A stretch of 64,000 nt of DNA, from sequence record OQ603353.1; one strand, written 5' to 3'. The notes below the pieces were generated by a model. The model was not told where the DNA came from. It was given only the letters and a program-made list of their open reading frames with translations, and did no database searches. The translations under genes and the position numbers were made by a program. Positions 63,004 through 64,000 of the stretch are shown here, piece after piece. The stretch's first letter is position 1; the number at the start of each line of letters is the position of its first letter.

Positions 63004-64000
63004 GTGGGCAGTAAGTTCAAGCGAGAAAGTAAAAACGCAATTCAGGGTGGCTTCGGTGGTGCCCGCAAGTCTAAGGATTCGCAGAAGCGTTTCTCCGACC
63101 TTGTGGAGTTCCACACGTGGCCACCGAAGAAGTGGTCCGCGATTCGTTTCGTCGGCCCGCTGGTGTGCGAAGGTCTGCACTGGATTGAAATCAAGAAGCA
63201 GGACGGCAGCAAGACTTCGATTCCGAAGAAGTGCTTGGCGTTCGATCCCCTGACGCAGCAGCGCGACAGCACGAAGAAGTGCCCATACTGCATCAATCTG
63301 CCGCGCAAGACGGAGAAGGATCGTCAGAAGTATCGCTTCACGATCAACTACTACCGGAACGCCATCATCCGCACGCTGGCTGATAAGGCACCGCGCAAGA
63401 TCAAGATGACCGAGGCTGAGAAGTCGTGTGGTTACAAGGACAAGGAAAGCGACAGCTGGACTCCTTGCCGTGTGATTCGCATGTCTCCGTCGCTGGTGGG
63501 CAAGGTTGCACGTCTGGAAGAACTGAACATCCACAAGGTTAAGGATAAGAAGTCCGGCACCAAGAAGTCCAAGAGCTTCGACATTGGTGATGACCAGTAC
63601 GGTCTGGACCTGACCATCCAGTTTGACAAGGATCGTCCGGGCACGGATATGTACGACGTGCAGAAGGGTGAGAAGTCGCCGCTGACCGAGGAAGAGCAGG
63701 GCTACCTGCTGTGGGATTTGGATCAGATGCCGGAAGCGGAAGACCTCAAGAGCGCTGAGGAAGAAGTCATCAAGCTGGGCTTCGGCAAGAAGCCGGACGC
63801 TGACGAAGACGAAGACGACGATGATGACAAGCCCAAGAAGGGTAAGGGCAAGTCGAAGGGTAAGTCGAAGTCGGATGACGATGATGACGATGATGACGAT
63901 GATGACGATGATGACGATGATGACGATGATGACGATGATGACGATGATGACGATGATGACGATGATGACGATGATGACGATGATGACGATGATGACGATG
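63004..64000 (+). CDS. T4 gp32-like single-stranded DNA-binding protein, truncated by the right edge (not in the ORF track)
   Basis: AGGAG SD, GTG 63004. Hand translation gives MGSKFKRES...IRFVG...HWI...KKC...KKCPYC...NYY.NAIIR...YGLDLTI...YDVQKGEKSPL followed by an acidic tail, open to the window end. Confidence 0.75.
   Translation, partial: MGSKFKRESKNAIQGGFGGARKSKDSQKRFSDLVEFHTWPPKKWSAIRFVGPLVCEGLHWIEIKKQDGSKTSIPKKCLAFDPLTQQRDSTKKCPYCINLPRKTEKDRQKYRFTINYYRNAIIRTLADKAPRKIKMTEAEKSCGYKDKESDSWTPCRVIRMSPSLVGKVARLEELNIHKVKDKKSGTKKSKSFDIGDDQYGLDLTIQFDKDRPGTDMYDVQKGEKSPLTEEEQGYLLWDLDQMPEAEDLKSAEEEVIKLGFGKKPDADEDEDDDDDKPKKGKGKSKGKSKSDDDDDDDDDDDDDDDDDDDDDDDDDDDDDDDDDDDDDDDDDD
63874..64000 (+). repeat. 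Perfect 9-bp tandem repeat (GATGACGAT)n, 14 copies to the edge, encoding poly-Asp
   Basis: Read directly from the sequence; in frame with the SSB gene. Confidence 0.95.

Noticed and set aside
1-64000. tRNA genes, phage-nucleus shell (chimallin), tubulin or multisubunit RNA polymerase genes
   Set aside because: No intergenic gap shows a cloverleaf, and no ORF shows recognisable motifs for these. A sigma factor instead suggests use of host RNAP. Their presence outside the window cannot be excluded.

Overview
The whole window is a densely coded segment of a large tailed (jumbo-type) bacteriophage genome. Almost all genes are on the + strand; one three-gene operon (1507-3943) is on the - strand. 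From 4.1 to 35.8 kb it holds virion/late genes: putative internal head proteins, a His-rich protein, a SprT protease translationally coupled to a topoisomerase IB, a head fibre, a neck-like protein, three tail fibres, an Acb1-like anti-CBASS enzyme, an HNH nuclease and a giant SNF2-like helicase. From 35.9 to 64 kb it holds replication and nucleotide-metabolism genes: family A DNA polymerase with a UDG-like N-domain, QueE, DHFR, beta-clamp, FolE, UvsW-like and DnaB helicases, ThyA, Cas4-like nuclease, dNMP kinase, a TGT/DpdA-like transglycosylase, a sigma factor and a gp32-like SSB. A terminase-portal-prohead protease block is embedded in that region. Best leads: (1) a dispersed 7-deazaguanine modification pathway; (2) the SprT + Topo IB pair, reminiscent of eukaryotic Top1-adduct repair; (3) a recurring E-[T/L/V/I]-A motif suggesting protease-processed head cargo; (4) a split LapG-like protease; (5) two candidate phage promoter classes and CsrA/RsmA-type GGA hairpins. 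All calls come from motif recognition by eye; no database searches were run. No major capsid or sheath gene, tRNA, CRISPR array, intron or intein was recognised.
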